This document shows, piece by piece, positions 18,135-28,939 of a stretch of DNA of 64,000 nucleotides. The notes under the pieces are model-generated. The model made no database searches, had not been told where the DNA came from, and saw only the letters and a list, made by a program, of their open reading frames with translations. Each line of letters opens with the position of its first letter. Position 1 is the first letter of the stretch. Origin of the DNA: Candidatus Campbellbacteria bacterium RIFOXYC2_FULL_35_25 (GTDB lineage Bacteria > Patescibacteriota > Minisyncoccia > Phycocordibacterales > UBA12079); assembly GCA_001774495.1 (NCBI GenBank), contig MFAE01000002.1, positions 42,372-106,371 on the forward strand, written 5' to 3'. Position numbers and translations under genes: made by a program.

Positions 18135-19010
18135 ATGAATAAATTTTCAGAAAAAATACTAAAGAGAATAGAGGAGAAGCATATTTCTCCCAAACCCAGG
18201 TGGCAATTTTTGACCAAAGATATCTTTGTGTGGTTTTTGGGTGCGATTTCTATTTTAGTTGGAGGAATTGCTACTTCTGTAATAATTTTTGTTCTAGTTA
18301 ACAGCGACTGGGAGTCTTACCGTTTTCTTAGCGGAAGTCTGCTAGATCATATAATAAATGTGGCCCCAGTTCTTTGGGTTATTTTCCTAGCTTTTTTTAT
18401 TTTAGGGGCGGATTATAATTTTAAAAATACAAAGAAGGGCTACCGATATAGTGTTTCTGAGGTTGTGGGGATGAGTATATTGGTCAGTGTTATCTTGGGG
18501 GGAATTTTTTACCAAATTGGATTGGCTCATATTACTGATTACGAATTAGGGAATCTCATTGATTACAAAAGATTTACCGAGAAAAGACAGGGTTTATGGA
18601 ATCATCCTAGTGAAGGACTGTTAGTCGGAGCTATCGTTCCTTCAGAAAAAAATGACATTTTGACCTTAAAGGATGCTGATGGAAAAGAATGGAATATCAC
18701 TGTTGGAAAGCTCATGCCTAGGCATTTTATTATATTAGACAATGTTTCCATTGTTTCTTTTAGGGGGGAACAAATTGATGAGAAAACCTTTGAGGCTTGT
18801 GATGTTCGTCCTTGGCAAATTAAGGGAGAAAGTTCTTATTTGCGTAAAAAAATAATGAAGCAAATGGAAGAAGAGGGATTTGAACCTCCAATGATTGGTA
18901 TGGGGATAGGTCCGGGTAAATTAAACGATATTAAGATGAAATTTAAAGAAAATAATTTTGATGAAAGAAATATTTTTCAAATGCGTAATAATAATTGTGA
19001 GAGAGAGTAA
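18135..19010 (+). CDS. putative anti-sigma factor / membrane protein co-transcribed with the ECF sigma
   Basis: Start is 2 nt after the sigma stop. Short N-terminal cytoplasmic segment, then TM helices and a C-terminal soluble domain. Confidence 0.4.
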   Translation: MNKFSEKILKRIEEKHISPKPRWQFLTKDIFVWFLGAISILVGGIATSVIIFVLVNSDWESYRFLSGSLLDHIINVAPVLWVIFLAFFILGADYNFKNTKKGYRYSVSEVVGMSILVSVILGGIFYQIGLAHITDYELGNLIDYKRFTEKRQGLWNHPSEGLLVGAIVPSEKNDILTLKDADGKEWNITVGKLMPRHFIILDNVSIVSFRGEQIDEKTFEACDVRPWQIKGESSYLRKKIMKQMEEEGFEPPMIGMGIGPGKLNDIKMKFKENNFDERNIFQMRNNNCERE

Positions 19011-19129
19011 TTTCACTTTTACAAAATCCGGATATTATTAAATTAAAAGCATGTGAAGTTTGTTTTTGGTAAAGGAAAAAGTTTTTAAAATTAAACCCTA
19101 CACCCTAAACACTTCATCCTAATATAATT

Positions 19130-19642
19130 ATGAAGATAAACAAAATATCAATTATAGTTTTCGCACTTTCTCTTATAATCGTAGGCGCCGGGGTAACCAG
19201 TGCTTATGGAGGATTGGGAACAGGAAAACCAGAATTAACAGATGAACAAAAAGCTACCTTAGAACAGATGCATGACCTAAGAATGTCTGGTGACACAGAA
19301 GGGGCTAAAGTTTTGGCTGAAGAGGCAGGATTTCCTCAAATGGGGTTTAGAGGAGAGAGGAGATGTCAATTTACGAATGAACATAGAGAAGATGCCGAGG
19401 AAGCTGTAGAAAATAACGATTACAATGCATTCTTGACAGCCGTGGTAGGTTCTCCGATGGAGGATGTAATTACCCCAGAGATCTTTGCAAAAATGGTTGA
19501 AGCTCATAGTCTTCGCGAAGCAGGAGACATTGAAGGAGCTAGAGAAATTATGCAAGGTCTAGGAATTGGAAAAGGTGAGGGCCAAAAATTATGGGGAGAA
19601 CGACAAGGAAGAGGTATGGGCAGAGGACATTGGAATAAATAA
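19130..19642 (+). CDS. hypothetical exported protein
   Basis: Signal peptide, charged helical repeats and a C-terminal Gly/Arg-rich tail. Confidence 0.45.
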   Translation: MKINKISIIVFALSLIIVGAGVTSAYGGLGTGKPELTDEQKATLEQMHDLRMSGDTEGAKVLAEEAGFPQMGFRGERRCQFTNEHREDAEEAVENNDYNAFLTAVVGSPMEDVITPEIFAKMVEAHSLREAGDIEGAREIMQGLGIGKGEGQKLWGERQGRGMGRGHWNK

Positions 19643-19664
19643 TTAAAAATTTAATAAACCCAAA

Positions 19665-19706
19665 AAACAACTCCCAGGGGCAAGGCTCCTGGGAGTTGTT
19701 TTTAAT
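19665..19706 (+). terminator. rho-independent terminator
   Basis: AACAACTCCCAGG-GGCAAGGCT-CCTGGGAGTTGTT followed by TTTTT. Confidence 0.65.
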
Positions 19707-19818
19707 TTTAAAATTTCGAACGAGAGGTCATTCCTCCTTATGTAGTGTTGCGCCCGCCCCTGACTGGGAAGCGGAGGGAGAGGTGGGACCTCTTTGAGAA
19801 ATTTGATACAATTTACCC

Positions 19819-20526
19819 ATGTCTTTAACTCAGCTAAAAAAAGAATTAAAAAATAATGCCAATTCGGAACAAGCCAAGAATCTTCAGAGATTTTTTAAAA
19901 CAGGCAAGGGGGAATATGGAGAAGGTGATATATTTTTAGGTATCTATGTTCCTGTACAAAGAAAAATTGCAAAGAAGTACGATCTAGAATTGGTAGATAT
20001 TCAAAAGTTATTGAATAGCAATATCCACGAGGAAAGACTTGTTGGTTTGTTTATTTTGATTGATAAATACCAAAAAAGTGGGGTATCTGTTACTCAGCAA
20101 AAACAAATTTTTGATTTTTATCTTAAAAATACTAAGAGCATAAATAACTGGGATTTGGTAGACCTTTCCGCCCCTAAAATAACGGGACGGTATTTGCTAG
20201 AGAAAGACAGGAATATATTATATAAATTAGCCGAATCTAAAAATCTTTGGGAAAAACGGATTGCGATTTTATCTACATTTGCTTTCATTCGAGAAAACCA
20301 ATTTGATGACACTTTAAAAATTTCAGAAATTTTGTTAAATGATAATCACGACTTAATCCACAAAGCCGTTGGCTGGGCACTCCGAGAAGTAGGGAAGAGG
20401 GACATGAAAGAAGAAGAAAAATTTCTCAAAAAATATTACAAAAAAATGCCTCGTACAACGCTTCGTTATGCGATAGAAAAGTTTCCCGAAGGTTTAAGAT
20501 TAAAATATTTAAAAGGTAAAATTTAG
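19819..20526 (+). CDS. DNA alkylation repair protein, AlkD/AlkC-like HEAT-repeat glycosylase family
   Basis: Conserved N-terminal signature ([27 protein letters not shown]), [11 protein letters not shown] and [12 protein letters not shown] motifs characteristic of this family. Confidence 0.7.
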   Translation: MSLTQLKKELKNNANSEQAKNLQRFFKTGKGEYGEGDIFLGIYVPVQRKIAKKYDLELVDIQKLLNSNIHEERLVGLFILIDKYQKSGVSVTQQKQIFDFYLKNTKSINNWDLVDLSAPKITGRYLLEKDRNILYKLAESKNLWEKRIAILSTFAFIRENQFDDTLKISEILLNDNHDLIHKAVGWALREVGKRDMKEEEKFLKKYYKKMPRTTLRYAIEKFPEGLRLKYLKGKI

Positions 20527-21060
20527 GAATAAAAAAAGACCTGCCTCCTTGAATCAAAAATCGATCCAAGGGTTGGCAGGTCTGCCCACAACTTTTAGGA
20601 GATAAAACGCCCCCCAGTTTTCCAGAGAGGATTTTCAAACCTTTCCTGTAAAGAGGTTTTTTTCCTTTTTTTGAAGGGGAGAAGGTAAAAACCTCTTTTA
20701 CCTGATCTTTTTTGGAGGCAATCCAGATTGATGCCTCTAAAAGAGATTTTCTCGGCCCTGTTGCTGATTTTCCTAGTTACTTTCTTTCTTCTCCTAGAAC
20801 GACCAGTAAAATCGGTCCAGAATTCCTGGGAAAGAAATATAAAAATTTTCGCTTCTTTTTTTAGACGACCAAAGAGATCGTACTGTATTTTTTGGCAAAA
20901 ACTTGGCATGGCGGTATCCTCTAGTGTGTTTAATGTCACAGATTGTGATGACTGTCCTATCTGTAATAATAACATACTATTAGTCATTATGTCAAATAGT
21001 GTCCAATATTAAAATCCACAGGGGCCAGGCCCCTGTGGATTTTAAGCTTTACAATATAGG

Positions 21061-22818
21061 CTATTTTCCTTCTTTTTCCAATTTCTTCAAGAAATCTTCA
21101 ATACTCATTTGCCCAAGATTTCCTTGATCACGGCTTTCCACCGTAATCGTCTTTGTTTTTATTTCTTCATCACCAATCACCAAAAAATAAGGAATTTTTT
21201 CTACCTTTGATTTTCTTATTTTTTTACCAAGGTTTTCGTTGTCATCATCTAGTTCTACTCTGAAATCTTTCTCTTTTAATATTTCAAAAATTTCTTTCGC
21301 ATATTCTTTATGAGCATCCGTTATTGGCAAAACTCTAATCTGAACAGGAGAAAGCCACAAAGGAAAAGCTCCGGCGAAATGTTCAATCATCACAGCGATA
21401 AATCTCTCCAGAGAACCAGCGATAGCTCTGTGAATCATTACAGGAGTTTTCTTCAGGCCATCTTTATCTGTGTATTCCAATTCAAATCTTTCTGGCATTA
21501 TAAAATCTAGTTGAGCAGTAGCCAATTGTCTTTCTCTCCCCAAAGCATCTTTAAACATAAAGTCTAGTTTGGGTCCATAAAAAGCCGCTTCACCCTCAAC
21601 TCTTTTGTAAGGAAGTTTCTCTTTTTTAGCAATTTTTTCTAAAGTACTTTCTGCTTTGTCCCAAAGTTTTTCATCCCCTAAATATTTTCCTAAGTCTTTT
21701 GAATCTCTCACAGACAAAGAAACCCAAAAGTCGCCTTCTTTAAACATATCCAGTGACTGATAAAATTCTTTAATAACATTAACAATATTTCCGACTTCTT
21801 CTTCAATTTGATCAGGAGAACAGAAAACATGTCCATCATCTTGGGTAATACTTCGTACTCTGGCAAGTCCAATAAGTTCTCCCGCTTGTTCGTCTCGATA
21901 AACCTTTGTTGTTTCAACATAACGGATAGGCAAGTCTTTGTAGCTTACTGGTTTGCTGGCATATATCTGGGTGTGGTGAGGACAGCTCATTGGTTTTATT
22001 ACAAATTCTGTTTCACTTTTTCCTTTTACTTTAAATAATTCATCGCCAAATTTTTCCCAGTGTCCAGATTTTTTGTACAGATCACTTTTTGTGATATGAG
22101 GGATATCAACTCTTTGATAACCATAAACCTTTTGAATCTTTTGAATCTTGTCAATGATTAAGTCTCGAATCAGAGTTCCTTTGGGAGTAAATAATGGAAG
22201 TCCTGGGCCGATTAAGTCAGAAAAAGTAAATAAATCTAATTCTTTCCCTAGTTTTCTATGGTCTCTCTTTTCTGCTTCAACAAGCATTAGTTTATAGTTT
22301 TCCAATTCCTCAGGAGTCTCAAAAGCCACTCCATAAATTCTGCTTAACATTTTGTTATTTTCATCATTCCTCCAATAAGCCCCAGCAATCTTTGTTAATT
22401 TAAAAGCTTCCATGTTAACTTCTCCTGTTGATTTTAAATGAGGACCTTTGCACATATTTATAAAATCACCCTGTTTGTAAAAAGTAATTTCTTTTTCCCT
22501 CTTTTCTTTTAGTTCCTCGGCTAGTTCAAGAGTATAAACATAATTCTTCTCTTTCAAAAGTTTAATTCCTTCATCGATAGACATTGTAATTTTTTCAATC
22601 GGGAAATCTTTAGAAATAATTTTGAACATTTCTTTTTTAATTTTTTTCAAATCAGCTTCCGTAATTTTTTGCTCAGAATCAAAATCATGGTAAAAACCAT
22701 CTTCAATAGCAGGACCAATTGCTGGGACTGCTTTATAAAGGTTCTCCAAAGCCTGCATCATAATATGGGCGAGTGAATGTCGCAGTTTTTCTAGTTGCTC
22801 TTGATTATTTTTTCTCAT
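21061..22818 (-). CDS. thrS: threonyl-tRNA synthetase (short form lacking N-terminal TGS domain)
   Basis: SLAHIMMQAL, RDHRKLGKELDLF, class II aaRS motifs and a C-terminal anticodon-binding domain. 585 aa. Confidence 0.9.
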   Translation of the reverse strand: MRKNNQEQLEKLRHSLAHIMMQALENLYKAVPAIGPAIEDGFYHDFDSEQKITEADLKKIKKEMFKIISKDFPIEKITMSIDEGIKLLKEKNYVYTLELAEELKEKREKEITFYKQGDFINMCKGPHLKSTGEVNMEAFKLTKIAGAYWRNDENNKMLSRIYGVAFETPEELENYKLMLVEAEKRDHRKLGKELDLFTFSDLIGPGLPLFTPKGTLIRDLIIDKIQKIQKVYGYQRVDIPHITKSDLYKKSGHWEKFGDELFKVKGKSETEFVIKPMSCPHHTQIYASKPVSYKDLPIRYVETTKVYRDEQAGELIGLARVRSITQDDGHVFCSPDQIEEEVGNIVNVIKEFYQSLDMFKEGDFWVSLSVRDSKDLGKYLGDEKLWDKAESTLEKIAKKEKLPYKRVEGEAAFYGPKLDFMFKDALGRERQLATAQLDFIMPERFELEYTDKDGLKKTPVMIHRAIAGSLERFIAVMIEHFAGAFPLWLSPVQIRVLPITDAHKEYAKEIFEILKEKDFRVELDDDNENLGKKIRKSKVEKIPYFLVIGDEEIKTKTITVESRDQGNLGQMSIEDFLKKLEKEGK

Positions 22819-23110
22819 AATATTTTTTAATTAGTTTGGTAAAACAAAAAATTTAGTCTGTGTTAATAAAACAAAAAATTCGTCCCAATATTGAAACCTT
22901 GAAAGGTTTCAATATTGGGACGAATTTCTCCGCGGTTCCACCCAAATTGTCTAAAGTTTAGACCACTTAATTTTACCCTTAGTTTGGTCTGAATATTATC
23001 CAGATACTTTTTCAAGTATTGTGTTTGGTGAACACAACAATCACCTCGGATACTTTATATAGTACAGTAGCTAGTTTTTTTGTCAAAGGGCTTGATTTTT
23101 CTCTTGAAGT
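22819..23110 (-). promoter_or_regulatory. T-box riboswitch-like leader of thrS (minus strand)
   Basis: Reverse complement of 22921-22934 gives GGGTGGAACCGCGG (T-box consensus AGGGUGGNACCGCG). It is followed by a 20-bp-arm terminator hairpin (AATTCGTCCCAATATTGAAACC...GGTTTCAATATTGGGACGAATT) and a U-tract. A candidate ACU specifier (aaACUaag) lies upstream in a stem I-like region. Confidence 0.5.
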
Positions 23111-23209
23111 TTGAGTTTGTTTGATTTCCAGACTTGATTATTGTAGTATGATTCAGGATGTAACTCTTTGATTTCATTGATAACCTTAATCTTTTGGAGG
23201 AATAAAGCG

Positions 23210-23935
23210 ATGACGACAGGAACCGGATCAACAAAAAAACAGGAAGAGCAAGTTTCAAGACTCGGCATGGCTGTTAACACTGGTAGTATCAATCCTGAAA
23301 ATTTAACCGCTGTTGATTGGAAGATGCTCGTTTCAGAATCTCTATCTTCATGCAAGAGTATTTTGCCCCAAATGGCCAAAGAATACGGTCAGGCGAAAAC
23401 TTTTCTCGAGTGTCTAAACCACAATCTTGAGGGGAGTTTTGGCGAGAAAAGAATCACCAAAGCGGAGATTTTCGAGACACTCCCTAAAGCTTTTCTCGTA
23501 AATGACGGGTGGTTATTGATCCCGGTAGGAATCTTGTCTACGTCGGAAGAAAAAGGCCAGTTTTTTGAGAGGTCCTTGTTCATCATCGCAGATTTGGCCG
23601 CTCTTCTTATCGTGGATGTTTTTTTTCGCAAGGAGCCTATTGAAGGTTTGTCTCGGAAGGAAAACCCCCCAAAAATAAATGAGAATGTCGTTGAGTGTCG
23701 TTTGTTCGCTGATAGCAGCATATTCGAGTTTGATACTCGGGAGGAATTCAATGAGATTATCCTTCCATTTTATGCTGACCCCAAATTGAAGCTCGGTAAA
23801 AACATCATCGACTACACTCTCGAAAGAGCAGTTGCTATTTTGAGGGAAAAGAAGCGGGCGGTAACAGAAATGGAAGAATCTTTGCGCCGGTTTCTGGGGA
23901 TAAGGGATCGACTCGGGGTAATGAACCATCTCTGA
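23210..23935 (+). CDS. hypothetical protein (GC-rich relative to neighbours)
   Basis: ATG with GGAGG SD 9 nt upstream. The ORF track begins at an upstream in-frame start; 23210 is preferred because of the SD. Confidence 0.5.
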   Translation: MTTGTGSTKKQEEQVSRLGMAVNTGSINPENLTAVDWKMLVSESLSSCKSILPQMAKEYGQAKTFLECLNHNLEGSFGEKRITKAEIFETLPKAFLVNDGWLLIPVGILSTSEEKGQFFERSLFIIADLAALLIVDVFFRKEPIEGLSRKENPPKINENVVECRLFADSSIFEFDTREEFNEIILPFYADPKLKLGKNIIDYTLERAVAILREKKRAVTEMEESLRRFLGIRDRLGVMNHL

Positions 23936-24094
23936 GTTCTCAAAAATGTTCCAGTCCTGCAGGTTTACGCCTGCAGGGCTGTTTTTTAAATAGCTGTTAG
24001 CTACGAGCTGTCGGCTGTCAGCTTCTCTAAATTTTTTGTATACCCCCACACCTTTCTTTTACAAAAGAAAGGTGTGGGGGTAAACTTAAATAAC

Positions 24095-25009
24095 ATGAAT
24101 GAACAAAAAATTCTTATTATCCTCGGTCCAACATCATCGGGAAAAACGGACCTAGCTGTTGATTTGGCCAAAAAATATAATGGGGAAGTTATTTCTGCTG
24201 ATTCTAGGCAAGTTTTTAAAGGCCTAGATATTGGAAGCGGAAAAGTAACAAAAAAAGAAATGCGAGGAATTCCTCACCATCTTTTAGATGTGGCCAGCCC
24301 TAACCGTGCTTTTTCTGTTATTCAATTTAAGAAAAAGGCTGATAGTGTAATCAAAGATATTTTAAAAAGAGGGAAGTTACCAATTATTGCAGGAGGAACT
24401 GGTTTTTATATTCAGGCTATTGTAGACAATATTGTTTTGCCGGAGGTAAGTCCAAATTTAACGTTAAGAAAAGAATTAGAAGGACTACTCAGAGAAGACA
24501 GGGAGAAAGCGATAAAAGAAATGGGTAGGCGATTAAAAAAATTAGATCATCGTCGCTTCAGAGAAATAGATCAAAAAAATCCTCGCCGTTTAATGCGAGC
24601 TATCGAAATTGCCACTGCTCTCGGAAAAGTCCCAAAACTAAAATTGCCAGTGGCCTTGCCCCTGTCAATTTTGCAGATTGGGATTAGGACAGATGACGAT
24701 GTTTTAAAAAAGAGAATCGGAGGGAGGTTCGAAAAAAGAGTAAAAGCAGGAATTGTTGCTGAGGCTGAGAATCTTCACAAAAAAGGGATGACATGGAAAA
24801 GGATGAACGAAATAGGCTTAGCTCACAAGCATATTGCTAGTTATTTAAAAAATAAAATTTCCAAAGAAGAAATGATAGAAAATTCTATTAAAGAAGAAAA
24901 GAAATATGCCAAGCGTCAAAAAACTTGGTTCAAAAGAGACAAAAGAATCATTTGGGTTAATCTTGAGAATCATGAGAGAATTGATAAATTAGTTACCGAT
25001 TTTTTGTAA
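24095..25009 (+). CDS. miaA: tRNA dimethylallyltransferase
   Basis: P-loop ILGPTSSGKTDLAVDLAK, SADSRQVFKGLDIGSGK and MiaA-specific downstream motifs. Confidence 0.85.
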   Translation: MNEQKILIILGPTSSGKTDLAVDLAKKYNGEVISADSRQVFKGLDIGSGKVTKKEMRGIPHHLLDVASPNRAFSVIQFKKKADSVIKDILKRGKLPIIAGGTGFYIQAIVDNIVLPEVSPNLTLRKELEGLLREDREKAIKEMGRRLKKLDHRRFREIDQKNPRRLMRAIEIATALGKVPKLKLPVALPLSILQIGIRTDDDVLKKRIGGRFEKRVKAGIVAEAENLHKKGMTWKRMNEIGLAHKHIASYLKNKISKEEMIENSIKEEKKYAKRQKTWFKRDKRIIWVNLENHERIDKLVTDFL

Positions 25010-25109
25010 TATCTTAAAATAGCTTGCAGGCAATATAGAAAGTAAGGCATTACTCAATTTTTTTAAAAGATGCTAAAATATAGAAGAATAAATTAACTTT
25101 ATCAAACTT

Positions 25110-26642
25110 ATGAAAAAAAAATACATTATATATACTGTAGTAATAATAGCCGTTATATTAGGGGCTTATTTCTTGTTCTTCAGGGGAAATGATAGCAACT
25201 CATATGAGTTTGCTGTTGCGGAAAGAGGTGATATTCGGCAAGAAGTGGGAGTAACTGGAAAGGTGAAACCTTCAAGTAAGGTTGATTTAGCCTTTGAATC
25301 TGGTGGAAAAATAGCGAGTGTTTTTGTTGATGTGGGGGATAAGGTTTATGTAGGTCAACAATTGGCGGCATTAAATAATTCTCAATACCAGGCACAGTAT
25401 GCCCAAGCCCAAGCCCAATTAGAAGTTGAAAAAACAAGATTAAAAGACTTAGAAGAAGGAACAAGGTCTGAAGAAATTTTAATTCAACAGGTGAGGGTTC
25501 AAAATGCAGAACAGTCTCTCTCTGATGCCAAGAATAGTTTAGTTGATAAAATAAAAGACTCTTACACCAAATCAGATGATGCTATTAGAAATCAAACAGA
25601 CCAACTTTTTATTAATCCAAGAAGTACTAATCCGCAGTTAATTTTTAATACCAGCTCAGGCTTAGAGATAGATATCGAGTCCAAGAGAATGGCAATTGAA
25701 AGTACCTTAACTTCTTGGAGCACGAGCTTGTTAAATGATCAAAATATTTTTTCCAATCTTTCCAATTATGCCAATATCGCGAAACAAAATTTAAGTGAAA
25801 TAAATTATTATTTGGACAAAGTTGCTTTGGCAGTAAACGGCATGAGTGCTAATTCCAATTTCTCCCAAACCACGATTGATGGTTACAAGTCTGATGTAAA
25901 TATTGCCAGAACAAGTGTTAATACAGCCATCGCTAATATTTCTGCGTCTGATGAAAAATTACGTACAGCCGAATCTACTTTGTCACTTGCCAGACAAGAA
26001 CTGGTTTTGAAAGAAGCCGGAGCAACAGAAGGACAAATCGCTGAACAAAAATCTAAAGTAAAATCAGCTGAAGCCAACGTTAATAATTACAGTGCTCTTA
26101 TCGGGAAAACAATAATTTACTCACCGATAAAAGGCATAGTAACAAAAAGAGAAGTCGAAGTGGGGGAAATTATTCAGCCAAACGCCCTGGCCTTCTCTGT
26201 TATAAGCGAGGCTCAATTTGAAATAGAAACAAATGTTCCAGAAGCTGATGTGGCAAAGATAAAAACAAACGATACGGCTGAAGTCACGTTAGACGCTTAC
26301 GAAGATGATACTATTTTTATGGCAAAAATTGTTTCAATTGAACCAGCCGAAACTATAATTGATGGCGTTTCTACTTATAAAACAATTTTACAATTTGTTG
26401 AAAAAGATGATCGAATCAAATCAGGAATGACAGCTAATATTGATATTCTTACAGGTGTTCGTGAAAATGTAATATCTATTCCTGCTCGGGCTATCCACAG
26501 CAATGGAAGAAAATATGCAGAGGTTCTTGTGGGGGAAGAAATTGTTGAAAGAGAAATCGAAACTGGGCTAAGAAGCACCAGCGGAAGCATCGAAATAATT
26601 TCAGGGCTAGAAGAAGGGGATAAGGTTATTACAAGTAAGTAG
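25110..26642 (+). CDS. HlyD-family periplasmic adaptor (membrane fusion protein) of an ABC efflux system
   Basis: N-terminal TM, long coiled-coil and beta-barrel/lipoyl-like domains. Immediately upstream of the MacB-like ABC genes. Confidence 0.75.
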   Translation: MKKKYIIYTVVIIAVILGAYFLFFRGNDSNSYEFAVAERGDIRQEVGVTGKVKPSSKVDLAFESGGKIASVFVDVGDKVYVGQQLAALNNSQYQAQYAQAQAQLEVEKTRLKDLEEGTRSEEILIQQVRVQNAEQSLSDAKNSLVDKIKDSYTKSDDAIRNQTDQLFINPRSTNPQLIFNTSSGLEIDIESKRMAIESTLTSWSTSLLNDQNIFSNLSNYANIAKQNLSEINYYLDKVALAVNGMSANSNFSQTTIDGYKSDVNIARTSVNTAIANISASDEKLRTAESTLSLARQELVLKEAGATEGQIAEQKSKVKSAEANVNNYSALIGKTIIYSPIKGIVTKREVEVGEIIQPNALAFSVISEAQFEIETNVPEADVAKIKTNDTAEVTLDAYEDDTIFMAKIVSIEPAETIIDGVSTYKTILQFVEKDDRIKSGMTANIDILTGVRENVISIPARAIHSNGRKYAEVLVGEEIVEREIETGLRSTSGSIEIISGLEEGDKVITSK

Positions 26643-26762
26643 AAAGTTTATAAAGGTATAAAGTTAAAAGTGACGGATTTTGCTTCGCAAAATCCGTCAA
26701 TAAAACTCAAAAACCTTCAACTTTCAACTTTAAAAACTTTATAAACTTTTAACTATATTTTT

Positions 26763-27479
26763 ATGCAACCTTTAATTTCAGTCAAAGATTTAGAAAAAAC
26801 TTTTTATGATAGCGAGATTCCAACACAAGCTCTTCGTGGGGTGACTTTTGATATTCAGAAAGGCGAGTTTGTTGCAATAATGGGAGCTTCTGGCTCGGGG
26901 AAGTCGACGTTGCTTCATATGATTGGCTTTTTGGATCAATACACAAAAGGTGAATATTTTTTTGATGGCGAAAATATCGCTAATTTTGATGACGATGAAA
27001 TCGCTCATATAAGAAATAAAAAAATAGGTTTCGTTTTTCAGTCTTTTAATTTACTTTCTGGAACTAGTGTTTTGGAGAATGTTAAGTTGCCACTAGTTTA
27101 TTCAGATGTTCCAGAAAAGCAGTGGAATGATTTGGCCACGAAAGCTATTGAAGCCGTTGGACTTTCTCATAGAATAGGGAATGATGCTCAGCGACTTTCT
27201 GTTGGAGAAAAACAAAGGGTTTCAATCGCTCGCGCATTAGTTAATGACCCTGATGTTATTTTTGCCGACGAACCGACAGGGAACTTGGATTCAAAATCTG
27301 GTGGGCAGGTTATGGATATTATAAAAAGATTGTCTCACAAAGGGAAAACTGTCGTCCTGATTACTCACGAAACCCACACTGCAGAATACGCCCAAAGAAT
27401 AATTAGAATCCTCGATGGTAAAATTTTTTCAGATGAAAAAGTCGCCCACGTAAGGGAAGAGGGTGAATTCATCAAGTAA
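26763..27479 (+). CDS. ABC transporter ATP-binding protein (MacB/LolD-like)
   Basis: Walker A GASGSGKST, ABC signature LSVGEKQRVSIARAL and Walker B DVIFADEPTGNLD. Confidence 0.85.
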   Translation: MQPLISVKDLEKTFYDSEIPTQALRGVTFDIQKGEFVAIMGASGSGKSTLLHMIGFLDQYTKGEYFFDGENIANFDDDEIAHIRNKKIGFVFQSFNLLSGTSVLENVKLPLVYSDVPEKQWNDLATKAIEAVGLSHRIGNDAQRLSVGEKQRVSIARALVNDPDVIFADEPTGNLDSKSGGQVMDIIKRLSHKGKTVVLITHETHTAEYAQRIIRILDGKIFSDEKVAHVREEGEFIK

Positions 27480-27498
27480 AATTTAAAATTCTCCTAAT

Positions 27499-28740
27499 AT
27501 GCAAATAAAACACTTATTCAAAACTTCATACATGGGATTAAGAACGAACATGGTTCGGTCCCTTCTAACTATTTTAGGAATCGTTATTGGTATTTCTGCG
27601 ATCATATTAATTTTTTCTTTAGGAAAAGGAGCCGAGAATTTAATAATGGGGGAGTTAAGCGGAATGGGAACAGATACGATAGTCATTCGACCAGGACAAC
27701 AACCAAAAGGACTTTCTGATATAACAGATGCTCTTTTTCTTGATTCTCTGACCACAGAAGATGTTGAGGCTCTAAAAAGAAAAAGTAATGTACCCTATTT
27801 AGCAGAAATTGCCCCAGCCGTTATGGTGCCCGGTACAGCTTCTTATCGAGGAGAAACCTTTAAGGCCACCAACTTTGGCTGGTCTGCCGAATTGATGGTA
27901 AAGATGTTCGGAGCAGAATTAGAATCAGGGGTTTTGTTTGATGATATAGATATAAAAAATAAGGCTAGCGTAGCTGTTATCGGCTCAAAAGTAAAAGAAG
28001 AATTGTTCGGGAATGAAGAAAATGTTATCGGTAAAAATATAAAAATTAAAGGAAGAAATTTTAGAGTTATTGGGGTAATGTCTTCTCGTGGACAAGTTTC
28101 AAGTTTTAACGTTGATGAGATAATCGTAATACCTTATTCAACCGCGCAGGTTTATTTGTTGGGTATCAATCATTATCACGAGATAATTTTAAAAGCGACT
28201 AGCGCAGAATTTGTTAACCAGACGGTCCAAGATATAAAAGATACCTTAAGAGAGAGACACGATATCACCGATATTACTAAAGATGATTTTTTTGTTGTCA
28301 CTCCCGAGGGAATGCTTGATCAAATTAGTACTATCCTTGATGCTTTGACCTTATTTCTTTCCGCTGTGGTAGGAATATCTCTAGTGGTTGGTGGAGTCGG
28401 TGTTATGAATATTATGCTTGTGTCTGTTACCGAAAGAACAAAAGAAATTGGATTAAGAAAAGCTATCGGAGCAACCAACAAAGACGTCATGGTGCAATTT
28501 CTTTTTGAGGCAATTATTCTAACAATCACTGGGGGTATCGTCGGAGTTCTTCTTGGGGCAGGTCTAGCCACCTTGATAACATTTGGTTTAAATCTCGCGG
28601 GGTATACTTGGTCCTTTAGTTTCCCTCTTGGGGCAGCTATATTAGGATTAGTTTTTTCTATTGCTATTGGATTGATTTTTGGAATTTATCCTGCTCGCAA
28701 GGCTTCCCAAAAAAGTCCAATTGAAGCCTTAAAGAGGTAA
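27499..28740 (+). CDS. ABC transporter permease (FtsX/MacB-type)
   Basis: N-terminal TM, large periplasmic domain and C-terminal 3-TM FtsX-like domain (LRKAIGATNKDVMVQFLFEAIILT). Confidence 0.8.
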   Translation: MQIKHLFKTSYMGLRTNMVRSLLTILGIVIGISAIILIFSLGKGAENLIMGELSGMGTDTIVIRPGQQPKGLSDITDALFLDSLTTEDVEALKRKSNVPYLAEIAPAVMVPGTASYRGETFKATNFGWSAELMVKMFGAELESGVLFDDIDIKNKASVAVIGSKVKEELFGNEENVIGKNIKIKGRNFRVIGVMSSRGQVSSFNVDEIIVIPYSTAQVYLLGINHYHEIILKATSAEFVNQTVQDIKDTLRERHDITDITKDDFFVVTPEGMLDQISTILDALTLFLSAVVGISLVVGGVGVMNIMLVSVTERTKEIGLRKAIGATNKDVMVQFLFEAIILTITGGIVGVLLGAGLATLITFGLNLAGYTWSFSFPLGAAILGLVFSIAIGLIFGIYPARKASQKSPIEALKR

Positions 28741-28805
28741 CAATTTGTCTCTAAACCATAAATTTTTCTTACTACTTATTGCTTGGTACTTAGTACTTTT
28801 TTAGT

Positions 28806-28834
28806 TTGATTAATTTTATCTTGTTTGTTATAAT
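28806..28834 (+). promoter_or_regulatory. sigma70-like promoter (TTGATT -17- TATAAT) upstream of the KH-domain gene
   Basis: -35 at 28806-28811, 17-bp spacer, -10 at 28829-28834. Confidence 0.3.
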
Positions 28835-28939
28835 TTTTTTAGCAGTTAGAAAAAAATAATGTGTTTTTCTAATGATAGGAAACACGAAACGGTCGAATTA
28901 CTGCCTGAATATTAAAAGTATTATTATTGAAATATAAAT

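Noticed and set aside
20595-21012. ORFs 20595-20987(-) and 20728-21012(+) between the AlkD-like gene and the thrS terminator
   Set aside because: Mutually overlapping on opposite strands, basic low-complexity products, no SD, and they span terminator hairpins. Probably non-coding, though a short gene cannot be excluded.
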